Shown here piece after piece: positions 7,627-15,828 of a stretch of 20,532 bases of DNA. Numbering within the stretch: position 1 is the stretch's first letter; every line of letters starts with the position of its first letter. The translations under genes were made by a program, and so were the position numbers. Source of the stretch: a virus. Taxonomy: Duplodnaviria > Heunggongvirae > Uroviricota > Caudoviricetes. The notes beneath the pieces are model-generated. The model did no database searches and was not told the origin of the DNA. It saw only the letters and a list, made by a program, of their open reading frames with translations. The stretch lies in the IMG/VR virus record IMGVR_UViG_3300046474_000274, positions 100,425 through 120,956 of that record. The stretch is one strand, 5' to 3'.

Positions 7627-8574
7627 ATGAAGACCGCAATCGCAACCGCAGGCGCAATCTATGCATCGTCCATGACGTATCCGGGCGCGCCTCAGATCAT
7701 GTTCGCCCCTGAAACTGGCGCTGGCGCCGGTGGAGCTGGGGACGCCGACGCGATCGCCGCTGCTGCTGCAGCCGCATCCGTTGAAAAGCACGAGCAGGAG
7801 ACTGCTGCTGCTGAAGCCGCAGCCATTGCTGCCGCCCAGGAACTTGCTGATGCCGAAGCCGCTGCTACGGCCGCTGAAGACGAGGGCAAGGACGCAAAGG
7901 CGCTCGCAGCCGAAAAGGCCAAGCTCCTGCGCGAGGTCATGGATAAGAAGACCAAGCTGAAGGACGCCGAAAAGAAGGCATCCGACGCTGCTGCTGCGCT
8001 CGCGGCCTATGAAGGCATCGATCCGGCAAAGGTCAAGGAGCTCATCAAGAAGGAACAGGACGCCGAGCGTTCTGCTGCCGAGGCACGCGGCGACTTCGAT
8101 CGCGTCAAGACCATGATGGCCGAAGAGCACGCCAAGAACACCAAGTCGCTCGAGGAGCGCATCGCGGACCTCGAAGGCAAGCTTTCCGAGAAGGACAGGA
8201 CGATCGACACCCTGACGATCGGCAATGACTTCGGTCAGTCGGCCTATATCAAGGATACCCTGACGCTGACGCCCGCAAAGGCTCGCCAGCTCTACGGCGA
8301 GCATTTCGAGGTGAAGGAAGGCAGGACTGTGGCTTACGACAAGCCGAAGTCCGCAGCCAACCGCAACCCGCTGGTCGACGCATCCGGCAATCCGCTGGTG
8401 TTCGATGAAGCCTTCAAGCGCATCATCGAGGCTGATCCGGACAAGGAAACGCTGCTGAAGGCGAAGGTCAATCCGGGCTCGGGCTCGAATAGCGCCCAGG
8501 TAAAGGCCCCGGAAAAGAAGGTCGTAAGCATCACGTCCGGCGTCGATCGTATCCGCGCTTCCTTCGGCGGATAA
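7627..8574 (+). CDS. Capsid scaffolding protein
   Basis: AGGAG RBS at 7615-7619; Ala/Glu/Lys-rich coiled coil; basic/Gly C-terminus (NPGSGS...); lies between portal and capsid with no protease gene. Confidence 0.8.
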   Translation: MKTAIATAGAIYASSMTYPGAPQIMFAPETGAGAGGAGDADAIAAAAAAASVEKHEQETAAAEAAAIAAAQELADAEAAATAAEDEGKDAKALAAEKAKLLREVMDKKTKLKDAEKKASDAAAALAAYEGIDPAKVKELIKKEQDAERSAAEARGDFDRVKTMMAEEHAKNTKSLEERIADLEGKLSEKDRTIDTLTIGNDFGQSAYIKDTLTLTPAKARQLYGEHFEVKEGRTVAYDKPKSAANRNPLVDASGNPLVFDEAFKRIIEADPDKETLLKAKVNPGSGSNSAQVKAPEKKVVSITSGVDRIRASFGG

Positions 8575-8597
8575 GCCAATTTTCAACTTATAGCGAA

Positions 8598-8621
8598 AAA
8601 AGTAAGCGCTAGCTTACTTTT
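8598..8621. repeat. Inverted repeat with operator half-sites but a 6-bp core spacer (variant copy 4); may also act as a weak terminator
   Basis: AAAAGTAAGC-GCTA-GCTTACTTTT, 23 bp after the scaffold stop. Confidence 0.6.
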
Positions 8622-8624
8622 CCC

Positions 8625-8671
8625 TTGCGCAGAAGCCCGCCGTTGGACTATTGTAAGTAAGTGCTTACATA
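8625..8671 (+). promoter_or_regulatory. Putative promoter for the major capsid gene with operator copy 5 (8654-8671, 1 mismatch) over the start site
   Basis: TTGCGC (8625-8630) - 18 bp - TATTGT (8649-8654); TAAGTAAG-TG-CTTACATA; the same TATTGT+operator junction occurs at 15853. Confidence 0.65.
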
Positions 8672-8714
8672 CGTAGTCCACGACGGGCTATGTGCATTTA
8701 AGGAGAATTCACGT

Positions 8715-9614
8715 ATGCCGCTTCTGATGACCGAAGCCGCAAAGCTGGCTGAAGACGATCGCCAGCGCGGCATTATCGAGGAACTCCTCGACAAGGACGA
8801 ATTTTTCGCCCTCGTGCCCTTCGTTCGGGCCAAGGACGACACGTTCAGCTACACCCGCGAGCTTGCTCTGCCGGGCGCCGGCTGGATCGACCCCTACGAT
8901 GATATCGAAGAGTCGACTGGTCAGGTCGAGAACATCAGCACCAAGATCAAGATCCTGGCTGGTCAGTTCGATATCGCCAACTTCATCTCCGAAGTTAAGT
9001 CCGACATGTATGATCAGATCGCCGTCCAGGCGAAGTTCAAGATCAAGGCGGTCGGCCGCGACTTCAAGAACGTCCTCATCAACGGCGACGCCGCTGTCAA
9101 CGCCAAGCAGTTCGACGGCCTGCGCAAGCTGGTCGATGTCGATCGCACGCTGACGGCTGGTGCCAATGGCGCGGCTCTTGCCTACTCCGCTCTCGACGAG
9201 CTGAAGGATGCCGTTCCGCTCGGTTGCGACTTCCTGATGATGCGCTCCGAAACCTGGCGCGTTATTCGCGAACTCAACCGTCTGCACGGTGGTAACACCG
9301 CTGAAATGATGATGGTCGAGAACTTCGGTGCTCCGATGCGCTTCTACGACGGCACGCCGGTCATCATCAACGACTACATTTCGAAGACCGAAACTCAGGG
9401 CTCCAGCTCTGCGACGACTTCGATCTACGCAGTCCGTGCAAACGAAGTCGACGGCTTCCATGGCCTCTGGGCCGGCGATGCCGCTGGTGTCCGCCTGGAA
9501 GAAATCGGCACCAACTTCAACAAGGACTCCAAGCGCTGGCGCGTCAAGTGGTATACCGGTGCGGCTCTCCGCGCTACCCACGCCGTTGCTCGCCTGAAGG
9601 GCGTCCTCGTTTAA
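8715..9614 (+). CDS. Major capsid protein (HK97-fold expected, 299 aa)
   Basis: AAGGAG RBS at 8700-8705; MPLLMTEAAKL...; FINGD....KQFDGL and ..W....AL......ARL.G patterns of capsid proteins; strong codon bias; flanked by a promoter and a terminator. Confidence 0.92.
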   Translation: MPLLMTEAAKLAEDDRQRGIIEELLDKDEFFALVPFVRAKDDTFSYTRELALPGAGWIDPYDDIEESTGQVENISTKIKILAGQFDIANFISEVKSDMYDQIAVQAKFKIKAVGRDFKNVLINGDAAVNAKQFDGLRKLVDVDRTLTAGANGAALAYSALDELKDAVPLGCDFLMMRSETWRVIRELNRLHGGNTAEMMMVENFGAPMRFYDGTPVIINDYISKTETQGSSSATTSIYAVRANEVDGFHGLWAGDAAGVRLEEIGTNFNKDSKRWRVKWYTGAALRATHAVARLKGVLV

Positions 9615-9616
9615 GC

Positions 9617-9645
9617 TTGAAAGTAAGTAAGAACTTACTTATGAT
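9617..9645 (+). promoter_or_regulatory. sigma70-like promoter with operator copy 6 (9624-9641, perfect) in its spacer
   Basis: TTGAAA (9617-9622) - 17 bp - TATGAT (9640-9645); TAAGTAAG-AA-CTTACTTA; same geometry as 5844-5872. Confidence 0.8.
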
Positions 9646-9671
9646 GGGCGGGATCAATTCCCGCCCATTTT
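9644..9671 (+). terminator. Intrinsic terminator after the major capsid gene
   Basis: ATGGGCGGGA-TCAAT-TCCCGCCCAT, a perfect 10-bp stem followed by a short T run. Confidence 0.75.
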
Positions 9672-9688
9672 GCTATTCGGAGAAAGCA

Positions 9689-10255
9689 ATGCCGCGCATC
9701 AAGCTCACGAAGCCCAGCTTCGCCAATCTGACCGGGCAGCTTCCCGGCAAGAAGTTCCGGGGTGTGAATTTCACCAGCGGCATTTCCGACGACATTCCGC
9801 TCGCAGTGGTCGATAAGATCGCGGCCCAGCTCGCAGGCTCTCGCCTGGTCGACGGCGCCGGTGCCGATCTGGGTCCGGCCGGTTCTCTCTATCGCAAGAC
9901 GACGATTATCCCGACGCCGCCCATTCCGCGCACCGAGTCCGTCATCGCCGAAGGCTCCGACGCCACGCGCGTTCGGACGATCAGCACTTCGACCTATACG
10001 CTTGTCGCTACCGATGTTGGCATGATCCTCGACTTCACGGTCGGCACCGTCGTCACCGTTCCGGCATCGCTCCCGGCTGCCTTCAACTGTGCGCTTCGCC
10101 AGGGTGGTGCCAATCAGATCCAGGTGGTCGCTGGGGCCGGCGCGATCGTTGAGGAAATCGACGGCAAGTTCAAGTCCGAGAAGCGCCTTGCACTGCTGAC
10201 GCTTGCACGCTTCCCGGACGGCAAGTTCCAGCTCATCGGAAGGACTTCGGCCTAA
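9689..10255 (+). CDS. Two-domain putative virion accessory/adaptor protein (188 aa)
   Basis: GGAG RBS at 9679-9682; N-terminal ~65 aa paralogous to the N-terminus of 11863-12498; Pro-rich linker; C-terminal TYTLVATDVG...VTVP..LP..F....Q.G..Q beta module seen in phage fibre-associated proteins. Confidence 0.75.
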   Translation: MPRIKLTKPSFANLTGQLPGKKFRGVNFTSGISDDIPLAVVDKIAAQLAGSRLVDGAGADLGPAGSLYRKTTIIPTPPIPRTESVIAEGSDATRVRTISTSTYTLVATDVGMILDFTVGTVVTVPASLPAAFNCALRQGGANQIQVVAGAGAIVEEIDGKFKSEKRLALLTLARFPDGKFQLIGRTSA

Positions 10256-11850
10256 TGGCGTCGTTCCTGTCCTCAATTGTCGGCCTCATGGCAGGCGTAG
10301 CCGCGGCATCTCTTGTCGCCGCGCCGGTCGATGTTGATCCCGATCGCTACATGTTCTTTGCGACCCGCAACCGCGTGCCGACTGGCACGCTGGTCACGGC
10401 CGCGGCCGGCCACAACTACGTCGTCTCGAAGATCGTGGTCAACACGCCTGAATACCCGGTCAACCATCTGCGCATCCACTTCTCGAACTTTCTACTGACC
10501 GAAGGCGGGAACTCGCCGCGCGAGCAGGCGACGGGTGCAATCCAGACCAATGCCAAGATCATCGATAAGGTGTTCGCCTACGCCAATGGCGAAATGGTGC
10601 AGGTCAAGTTCGGCGGCGCGCCTGGCCTGACTATCGCTACCGCGGCAAGGGGCGGTTGGTCGGACGAAATCGTTTTCACCAATAAGGTGACTTCCGAGAC
10701 CAAGGTCACCTTCTTCACTATCTATCACACGGCCGTTGGCGAGAAGCAGATCCCCGTCTATCGGATCCAGAAGCATCGCGGCGAACGCGTATGGTCGGGC
10801 GCCGATCTTGCGACCGTCGAGGCGTATATCAGCAATCCTGACGCTGACTCGGTTGGCCCTCTCGATGTGAGCTACGCCTCGCAGGCTCAGCCGCAGGTCT
10901 ATGGCCCCGACTTCATGGTTGCTAAGGGCTGGGATGGCCGTCCGGTCGCCTGCTGCTTCGTGGACTCGATCGGTGAAGCTCGCCAGGAATTCAGCGCGGC
11001 CGCCGACGATCGCGGCAATCTCGGCTGGCTTCGCCGCTGGCTCGACAAGAAGGCCGGCATCGGTCGCATCCCGCACATGATGATGGCTGGGCCTGGCGCT
11101 CACGCCGAATACGAAATGACCGGGACCGGGTCGACCATCGCAACGATGCGCTGGGATATTGTCGATGAAGTGAAGGCGATGAATGGTGGCACCAAGCTTC
11201 CCTTCACCGTGTTCGTCAATCAGATGGGTCAGAACGACACCGGCACGACCATCGCTCAGTGGTGGACGCGCATTTTTAATCCGCGCACCCGCTCGAACAC
11301 TCGCTACCCCGGCATTCGTCACGTCTATGTTCCCCCGCTGGGTCGCACCACGACCAATAACAATTGGAGGGATGCTACCGGCCAGTCCTTTTCGTCGAAT
11401 AATGTTTGGCCCGCTAACGAAGCCGATCCGGCGACTGGCAAGTGGGTAATGAGGGCTCGTATCCTTGCGCTCTTCGGCAGCATCGCCGATGCCGCAGTCG
11501 ACACCTATAGCGCCTGGGTCTCGCCCAGCGCCGATGGCAAGTGGCCTGGCTACCTCGAGCTGCCGTTTTCGACGCTCACCCAGCCGCTGAACGCCACGAA
11601 CTCGATCACGGTTGCGGATGGATCGATCTACCAGCCCGAGCAGGTGATCCTGGTCGGCGCCACCAACAAGATCATCTCCCAGGTCGACGGCAACGTCATC
11701 ACCTTCACTTCGGCTACGGCCGAGGTGCAGCCGGTTGGCACGCCGATTTATCAGATCCCCTCGGTCGACGGCGTTCACCCCTATCCGGTCATGGTTAGGC
11801 GCATCGTCGCCGGCATCCCGCAGTCCGAAAAGCAGAAGCTCGTAGCATAA
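10255..11850 (+). CDS. SGNH/GDSL-hydrolase (esterase) domain protein, 531 aa
   Basis: Block I FVDSIG (Ser238), block II AGPG, block III QMGQND (Asn327), block V DGVHP (Asp505/His508); TAATG coupling to the upstream gene. Confidence 0.8.
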   Translation: MASFLSSIVGLMAGVAAASLVAAPVDVDPDRYMFFATRNRVPTGTLVTAAAGHNYVVSKIVVNTPEYPVNHLRIHFSNFLLTEGGNSPREQATGAIQTNAKIIDKVFAYANGEMVQVKFGGAPGLTIATAARGGWSDEIVFTNKVTSETKVTFFTIYHTAVGEKQIPVYRIQKHRGERVWSGADLATVEAYISNPDADSVGPLDVSYASQAQPQVYGPDFMVAKGWDGRPVACCFVDSIGEARQEFSAAADDRGNLGWLRRWLDKKAGIGRIPHMMMAGPGAHAEYEMTGTGSTIATMRWDIVDEVKAMNGGTKLPFTVFVNQMGQNDTGTTIAQWWTRIFNPRTRSNTRYPGIRHVYVPPLGRTTTNNNWRDATGQSFSSNNVWPANEADPATGKWVMRARILALFGSIADAAVDTYSAWVSPSADGKWPGYLELPFSTLTQPLNATNSITVADGSIYQPEQVILVGATNKIISQVDGNVITFTSATAEVQPVGTPIYQIPSVDGVHPYPVMVRRIVAGIPQSEKQKLVA

Positions 11851-11862
11851 GGAACCTCTAAT

Positions 11863-12498
11863 ATGGAAATGAAGAAGCTCAAGGTCGCGACGGCGCGCAT
11901 GGCCGGCTATACCGGCGTTCTCGGCCCCGTCCGCTTTACCGACGGCGTGTCGGATGAGTATCTGCCGCGTCACATCCGCGACCGTATGGCCGCTTCGATG
12001 GAATTCCTCGAAGTCGACGCCGAAGGCAACGAAGCGCCGGCCGGCGCCCAGCATCGCCTGATTAGCGAAAGCGCTGAGCGTGCGCCGAAGCTCGAGCCGC
12101 TCACGCGCCAGACGCACGCCGAAAAGGCTGCCGAAATCGCCGCTGCAGCCGTGCTTGCCGCGAAGGTGCCGGTTCTGGAAACCCGCGCAAGTCTGGAAGA
12201 GATCGCCTCGAAGCGTGGCATCAAGGGTCTGCGCGAAATCGGCAAGAAGTGGGGCGTCAAGCACCGCTCGATCCCGACGCTGATCGAGATGATCCTCGAC
12301 GCCCAGGAAAAGTCTGTCGCCGCCCGCGATAAGAAGCTCGGTATCACCGCGGCCGAACCTGTCGTCGAACCCATCGCCGCTGATGCGACCGAAATCAAGG
12401 CAGATGAGCCGGTCGTCGGCGCCGTCGAGAATGCGGCAATCACCGGCGACCTTTCGGCTGCCATCAACCAGGCATCTTCGGAGCTGCCGAAGGAGTAA
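11863..12498 (+). CDS. Head-associated protein with a helix-extension-helix (HeH/Rho-N-like) motif
   Basis: GIKGLREIGKKWGVKHRSIPTLIEMILDAQ helical motif; position after the capsid gene typical of packaging/decoration helpers. Confidence 0.65.
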   Translation: MEMKKLKVATARMAGYTGVLGPVRFTDGVSDEYLPRHIRDRMAASMEFLEVDAEGNEAPAGAQHRLISESAERAPKLEPLTRQTHAEKAAEIAAAAVLAAKVPVLETRASLEEIASKRGIKGLREIGKKWGVKHRSIPTLIEMILDAQEKSVAARDKKLGITAAEPVVEPIAADATEIKADEPVVGAVENAAITGDLSAAINQASSELPKE

Positions 12499-12501
12499 GC
12501 C

Positions 12502-13341
12502 GTGAAGTTCTATCCCGAGGATTACATCGTCGAGGTGATCGTCAAGTTCACCGACCTCAATGGAGCGGCCGTCACCCCGACGGCCATCTCTGCCGTCCTT
12601 TACGACAGCGACGACGCCGTGGTTGTGGACTTCGGTTCGCTGCCCTTCGATGTAGCCGAGGGACAGAAGGTCATCCCCATCCCGAAGGAGTTCAATCGCC
12701 TCGAGGGTGACGAGATCCGTGCGGCGCGTATCCTGCGCGTCGGCATCGAGACGGCCGAGGGCACCATCCCGCGGTCGTTCTCCTACGCCATCGAGTCCGA
12801 GCAGCGCCTCGTGACCATGGTCAACACCTTCATCACGCTCGAGGCCGCCGAGTTCATGGCGCTCGACACGCCGAACACGTCCGGCTGGAACGTGGCAAGC
12901 GAAGACCAGAAGCTCGCGGCACTGACGGAAGCCTATCGCCGCCTGACGCTGATCCCGATGAAGTTCTCGGTCTATCGCGCTTCGGTCGGGAGCACCTCCT
13001 CTGGTGGCTGGCGCCCTGATTGGAATTCGATCGCACCGCGCGAGCTGATGGAAGAAACCGTCATCGAGCGCGACATGTGGGGCGATATCACGCCCGAGCA
13101 GTTCACCGACTTTCCGACCGCCTTCAAGAAGGCCGTTCGCCGCGCACAGTTCATCGAAGCCAACGAACTGCTGCAGGGCGATAATGTGCAGAAGAAGCAT
13201 CGGCAGGGCATCGTCACCGAGACCATCGGCGAAAGCTCCGTCACGCTGCGCTCCGGTGCCATCGATTACGGCATTGGCTCTGAGACGATGAAGGCCCTTG
13301 TCGGCTACGTAAACTTCAACATGAGGATCAAGCGCACTTGA
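12502..13341 (+). CDS. Head-tail adaptor (DnaT-like/gp15-like C-terminal domain) with an extra N-terminal beta domain
   Basis: GTG start after AAGGAG; TFITLEAAE..., W.....DQKLAAL.EA, and P...K.A....A...L....E.IG..SVT patterns of head completion adaptors. Confidence 0.7.
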   Translation: MKFYPEDYIVEVIVKFTDLNGAAVTPTAISAVLYDSDDAVVVDFGSLPFDVAEGQKVIPIPKEFNRLEGDEIRAARILRVGIETAEGTIPRSFSYAIESEQRLVTMVNTFITLEAAEFMALDTPNTSGWNVASEDQKLAALTEAYRRLTLIPMKFSVYRASVGSTSSGGWRPDWNSIAPRELMEETVIERDMWGDITPEQFTDFPTAFKKAVRRAQFIEANELLQGDNVQKKHRQGIVTETIGESSVTLRSGAIDYGIGSETMKALVGYVNFNMRIKRT

Positions 13342-14087
13342 TTCCTCATCGCCTCACCGAGGCTGCCGACCAGGCAGCGGTTCGCTACGACCATCTCGCC
13401 CAGACCTTCAGCGCTCTCCACACGACGGCGCTGATGTCGGCCGAGTTTGGCTATGCGAACCAGTCGAGCAAGCTTTTTGCCGAAGCATACGACGCTGCCG
13501 GTCTCTATTTCGAACGCGACAAGGAGAGCATGGGCGACCATATGTTCTCAATCGCTGAAAACGCTCACCAGCGCGTTTCTGAAAAGCTGACGACTATCGA
13601 GTCGTCTGGCCTGTCGGACGCAGCCCTGGAGCATCTGAGCGAGACCCAGACGTATCTCTCAAACGAGATCGCTGCTCAGGTGCATCGCGACATCGCACAG
13701 ATGCGCTTTTCGCTTCAGCGGGCGGTTCTGGGCGTCTCCCTCATCGAGCGCAGCCGGCGCATCCCGACCAGGCAGGCGCAGATGGCTTACGTCATGAAGG
13801 ATCGCCAGGAGCTCCAGCTTCAATTCGTCGATCGCCGCGGGCGCCGCACGCCCACCAGGACGTTCATCCGCTCGGTTTATCGCCATGCGCTGTTGTCGAT
13901 CCACAACGAGGTCACGCTGCACGCGCTGGCCGATCACGGCGTCGAGCACGCAGCGGTCATGAAGCTCGAGGATGGCGTCGAAAAGCAGATCGACCGGATC
14001 TCGATCCAGGACTACGCCGCGGTGCGCGACAGTCTGTTCCATCCCAATTCGAATTCCTTCCTGGATGTGGAGATCGACGATGTTTGA
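13338..14087 (+). CDS. Putative minor head protein
   Basis: TTG start overlapping the upstream stop; helical; FVDRRGRR.....FIRSVYR resembles the D..GR.W..Y motif of minor capsid proteins; start uncertain. Confidence 0.5.
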   Translation: MIPHRLTEAADQAAVRYDHLAQTFSALHTTALMSAEFGYANQSSKLFAEAYDAAGLYFERDKESMGDHMFSIAENAHQRVSEKLTTIESSGLSDAALEHLSETQTYLSNEIAAQVHRDIAQMRFSLQRAVLGVSLIERSRRIPTRQAQMAYVMKDRQELQLQFVDRRGRRTPTRTFIRSVYRHALLSIHNEVTLHALADHGVEHAAVMKLEDGVEKQIDRISIQDYAAVRDSLFHPNSNSFLDVEIDDV

Positions 14088-14427
14088 GCCCAACGTGCTA
14101 GGCAAGATCTCGCGCGTCATTGGTCGCGACGTTCACGCCCGGCCGACCTTTTCCGAGCCCGCGGACTGCCCGTTCGGCATCGTCAATCTGAATATTGGCG
14201 CGGCGAAGACCGTCGTTCGCGCCGACTCGTCCGCCTCTCGCGGCTCTGCCGATGAGGAGATGGCCGAGCGCGCCAAGATCCTGATCGCCCCTTACGTCAC
14301 GGTCGCGATCGGCGACCGCTTTGAATTCGACGGCATGACCTTCGTCATCGCCTCGAGGCACGTCCGGCGCTCCGTCATGGGCCAGGTCGATCACTTCGAG
14401 TGCGATCTGGAATTGGTGCCGGCATGA
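14080..14427 (+). CDS. Head closure/stopper (head-tail joining) protein, 115 aa
   Basis: Beta-rich; GRD..ARP.F N-terminus, IGDRFEFDG..F.I and H.ECDL C-terminus; expected position; GGAG RBS before ATG 14080. Confidence 0.7.
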   Translation: MFEPNVLGKISRVIGRDVHARPTFSEPADCPFGIVNLNIGAAKTVVRADSSASRGSADEEMAERAKILIAPYVTVAIGDRFEFDGMTFVIASRHVRRSVMGQVDHFECDLELVPA

Positions 14428-14921
14428 AGCCCAGGATGAAGCTCACCGGTCTGACGGCCGTTCGCACCGAGCTGCGCACGATTGCCGAGAAGGTGCCGGA
14501 CACGGCTCGCAAGACCATGCACCGTTCTGCGGCGAACATCGTCGAGACGGCAAGGGCATGGGCGCCGGAAGACGAAGGCAACCTGGTGCGCGGCATCCAG
14601 ATCATCAAGGACTATGCCGGCATGAACGGCCGCCTTCAGATCGATATCGGGATCGAGATGCCGCCTGACGCATTCTCGGCCTCGGGCACGCCGCTGACCT
14701 CGGACCAGTTCGACATCTACGCGACCCTGGTCCACGAGAACTACGAATACGTCATGCGCGTCAACGGCCCCGGCCCGAAGACGCTGGCGAAGATGGCAAC
14801 CAATCCGAACAAGGTCGGCTCAGGCTTTCTGTCACGCGCGGCACGCGACGAGGAACCCAAGCTGGAACAGAAAACGATCGAGGCCATCACCAAGATCATC
14901 AATGAGGTATCGACCAAGTGA
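14424..14921 (+). CDS. HK97 gp10-like neck/tail completion protein
   Basis: A..I...A...AP.D.GNL..GI, YA..VHE and GFL.RA motifs; ATGA overlap with the upstream gene. Confidence 0.85.
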   Translation: MKPRMKLTGLTAVRTELRTIAEKVPDTARKTMHRSAANIVETARAWAPEDEGNLVRGIQIIKDYAGMNGRLQIDIGIEMPPDAFSASGTPLTSDQFDIYATLVHENYEYVMRVNGPGPKTLAKMATNPNKVGSGFLSRAARDEEPKLEQKTIEAITKIINEVSTK

Positions 14922-15334
14922 TCTACGATATTCTGGAAAAGAAGCTCATCGACTCGGGCCTGGTCGTCGCCGGCGTTTCATTGTTTCGGGGCTTCATGCC
15001 GGCCGAGTGCCTGGTTGGCGTCATGACCCGCACTCCGCTCACCGGTATCAACATCGATCCCTTCATCGAAGGCTGGCATAAGACGGAACTGCAGGTCATC
15101 TGCCGGCACAAGGATCCTGTCGACGGTGCGAAGTTTGCCGCTGACGTTTGCAAGGCGCTGATCGTCGAGAGCCTGGAGACCTATCCGGCTTCGGAAGAGC
15201 GCGGCCCGGCCCACGTCAATCTATTTTATCCGATCACGCTGCCGATCCAGTATCCGCGCCTCGAAGGCCACGGCCTGGAATTCTCGCAGCACTTCAAGGC
15301 GGCGTTCGGCTTTAAGCCGGACTGGAAGGCTTAG
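14918..15334 (+). CDS. Tail terminator protein
   Basis: GTG start overlapping the upstream stop; LF.G.MP, LQVICR and FS..F pattern; position directly before the tail tube operon. Confidence 0.75.
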   Translation: MIYDILEKKLIDSGLVVAGVSLFRGFMPAECLVGVMTRTPLTGINIDPFIEGWHKTELQVICRHKDPVDGAKFAADVCKALIVESLETYPASEERGPAHVNLFYPITLPIQYPRLEGHGLEFSQHFKAAFGFKPDWKA

Positions 15335-15338
15335 CCCG

Positions 15339-15695
15339 TCAGGATTTGCTGATGCTTTCGAGCGTCATCTTGTAGATGTTGTCGAGGGTCTCGAGGCGGG
15401 CGGAACTGTCGGCGGCGCATTCGCTGCCGCTTCGGTGTTTCTCCGTCTTGTAATATTCGATCAGGTCTTGGGTAGCCTTGCCGACATCTACATTGGTGCT
15501 GGCGAGCGCCGTTAGGAAGTCAGCGTCATATTTGCTGTCGAACTGCAGGCGACAGTTCTCAGACATGATCCTCATCCTCGATATGACATTGAGCATGACG
15601 AAATAGGTCGCGTCATCAACGTCCTTGGCCTGCGCTGCCGGGGTAAGCGAGCTGAAGATGAGTAGTGCGGCCGCGGCCGCCTTGAGTATGCGCAT
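15339..15695 (-). CDS. Secreted/periplasmic small protein (moron-like gene)
   Basis: Only credible minus-strand gene; Sec-type signal MRILKAAAAALLIFSSLTPAAQA followed by KDVDD; two Cys; occupies a region with no + strand gene; converges on the tail terminator gene with a 4-bp gap. Confidence 0.8.
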   Translation of the reverse strand: MRILKAAAAALLIFSSLTPAAQAKDVDDATYFVMLNVISRMRIMSENCRLQFDSKYDADFLTALASTNVDVGKATQDLIEYYKTEKHRSGSECAADSSARLETLDNIYKMTLESISKS

Positions 15696-15801
15696 TGGTG
15701 TGGCTCCGAATGGTTTTGCAACCTCTCTAGCAACGCCTGCAAAGGTTGTCGAGCGGCCTGGTTGAGGGATGATTTCTCACCCTTATCCGAGGCCAGACGC
15801 A

Positions 15802-15819
15802 TAAGTATGCGATTACTGA
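15802..15819. promoter_or_regulatory. Degenerate operator copy 7
   Basis: TAAGTATG-CG-ATTACTGA (3 mismatches to consensus) in the divergent intergenic region. Confidence 0.45.
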
Positions 15820-15828
15820 CTTTTTCCG

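Noticed and set aside
7672-7710. QIMFAPE near the scaffold N-terminus resembling the LQ.FA Prp cleavage motif
   Set aside because: Weak similarity; the Prp system is known from Firmicutes and related phyla and nothing here supports it
7750-7900. GCT/GCC-rich low-complexity repeats
   Set aside because: Simply encodes the poly-Ala/Glu helical segment of the scaffold protein
5866-8586. 906-aa minus-strand ORF
   Set aside because: Antisense shadow of portal and scaffold genes caused by GC-rich codon bias; composition is unnatural (Leu/Arg/Gly/Val-rich), with no motifs or RBS
10492-13200. 902-aa minus-strand ORF
   Set aside because: Shadow of three + strand genes that have clear motifs; no independent evidence
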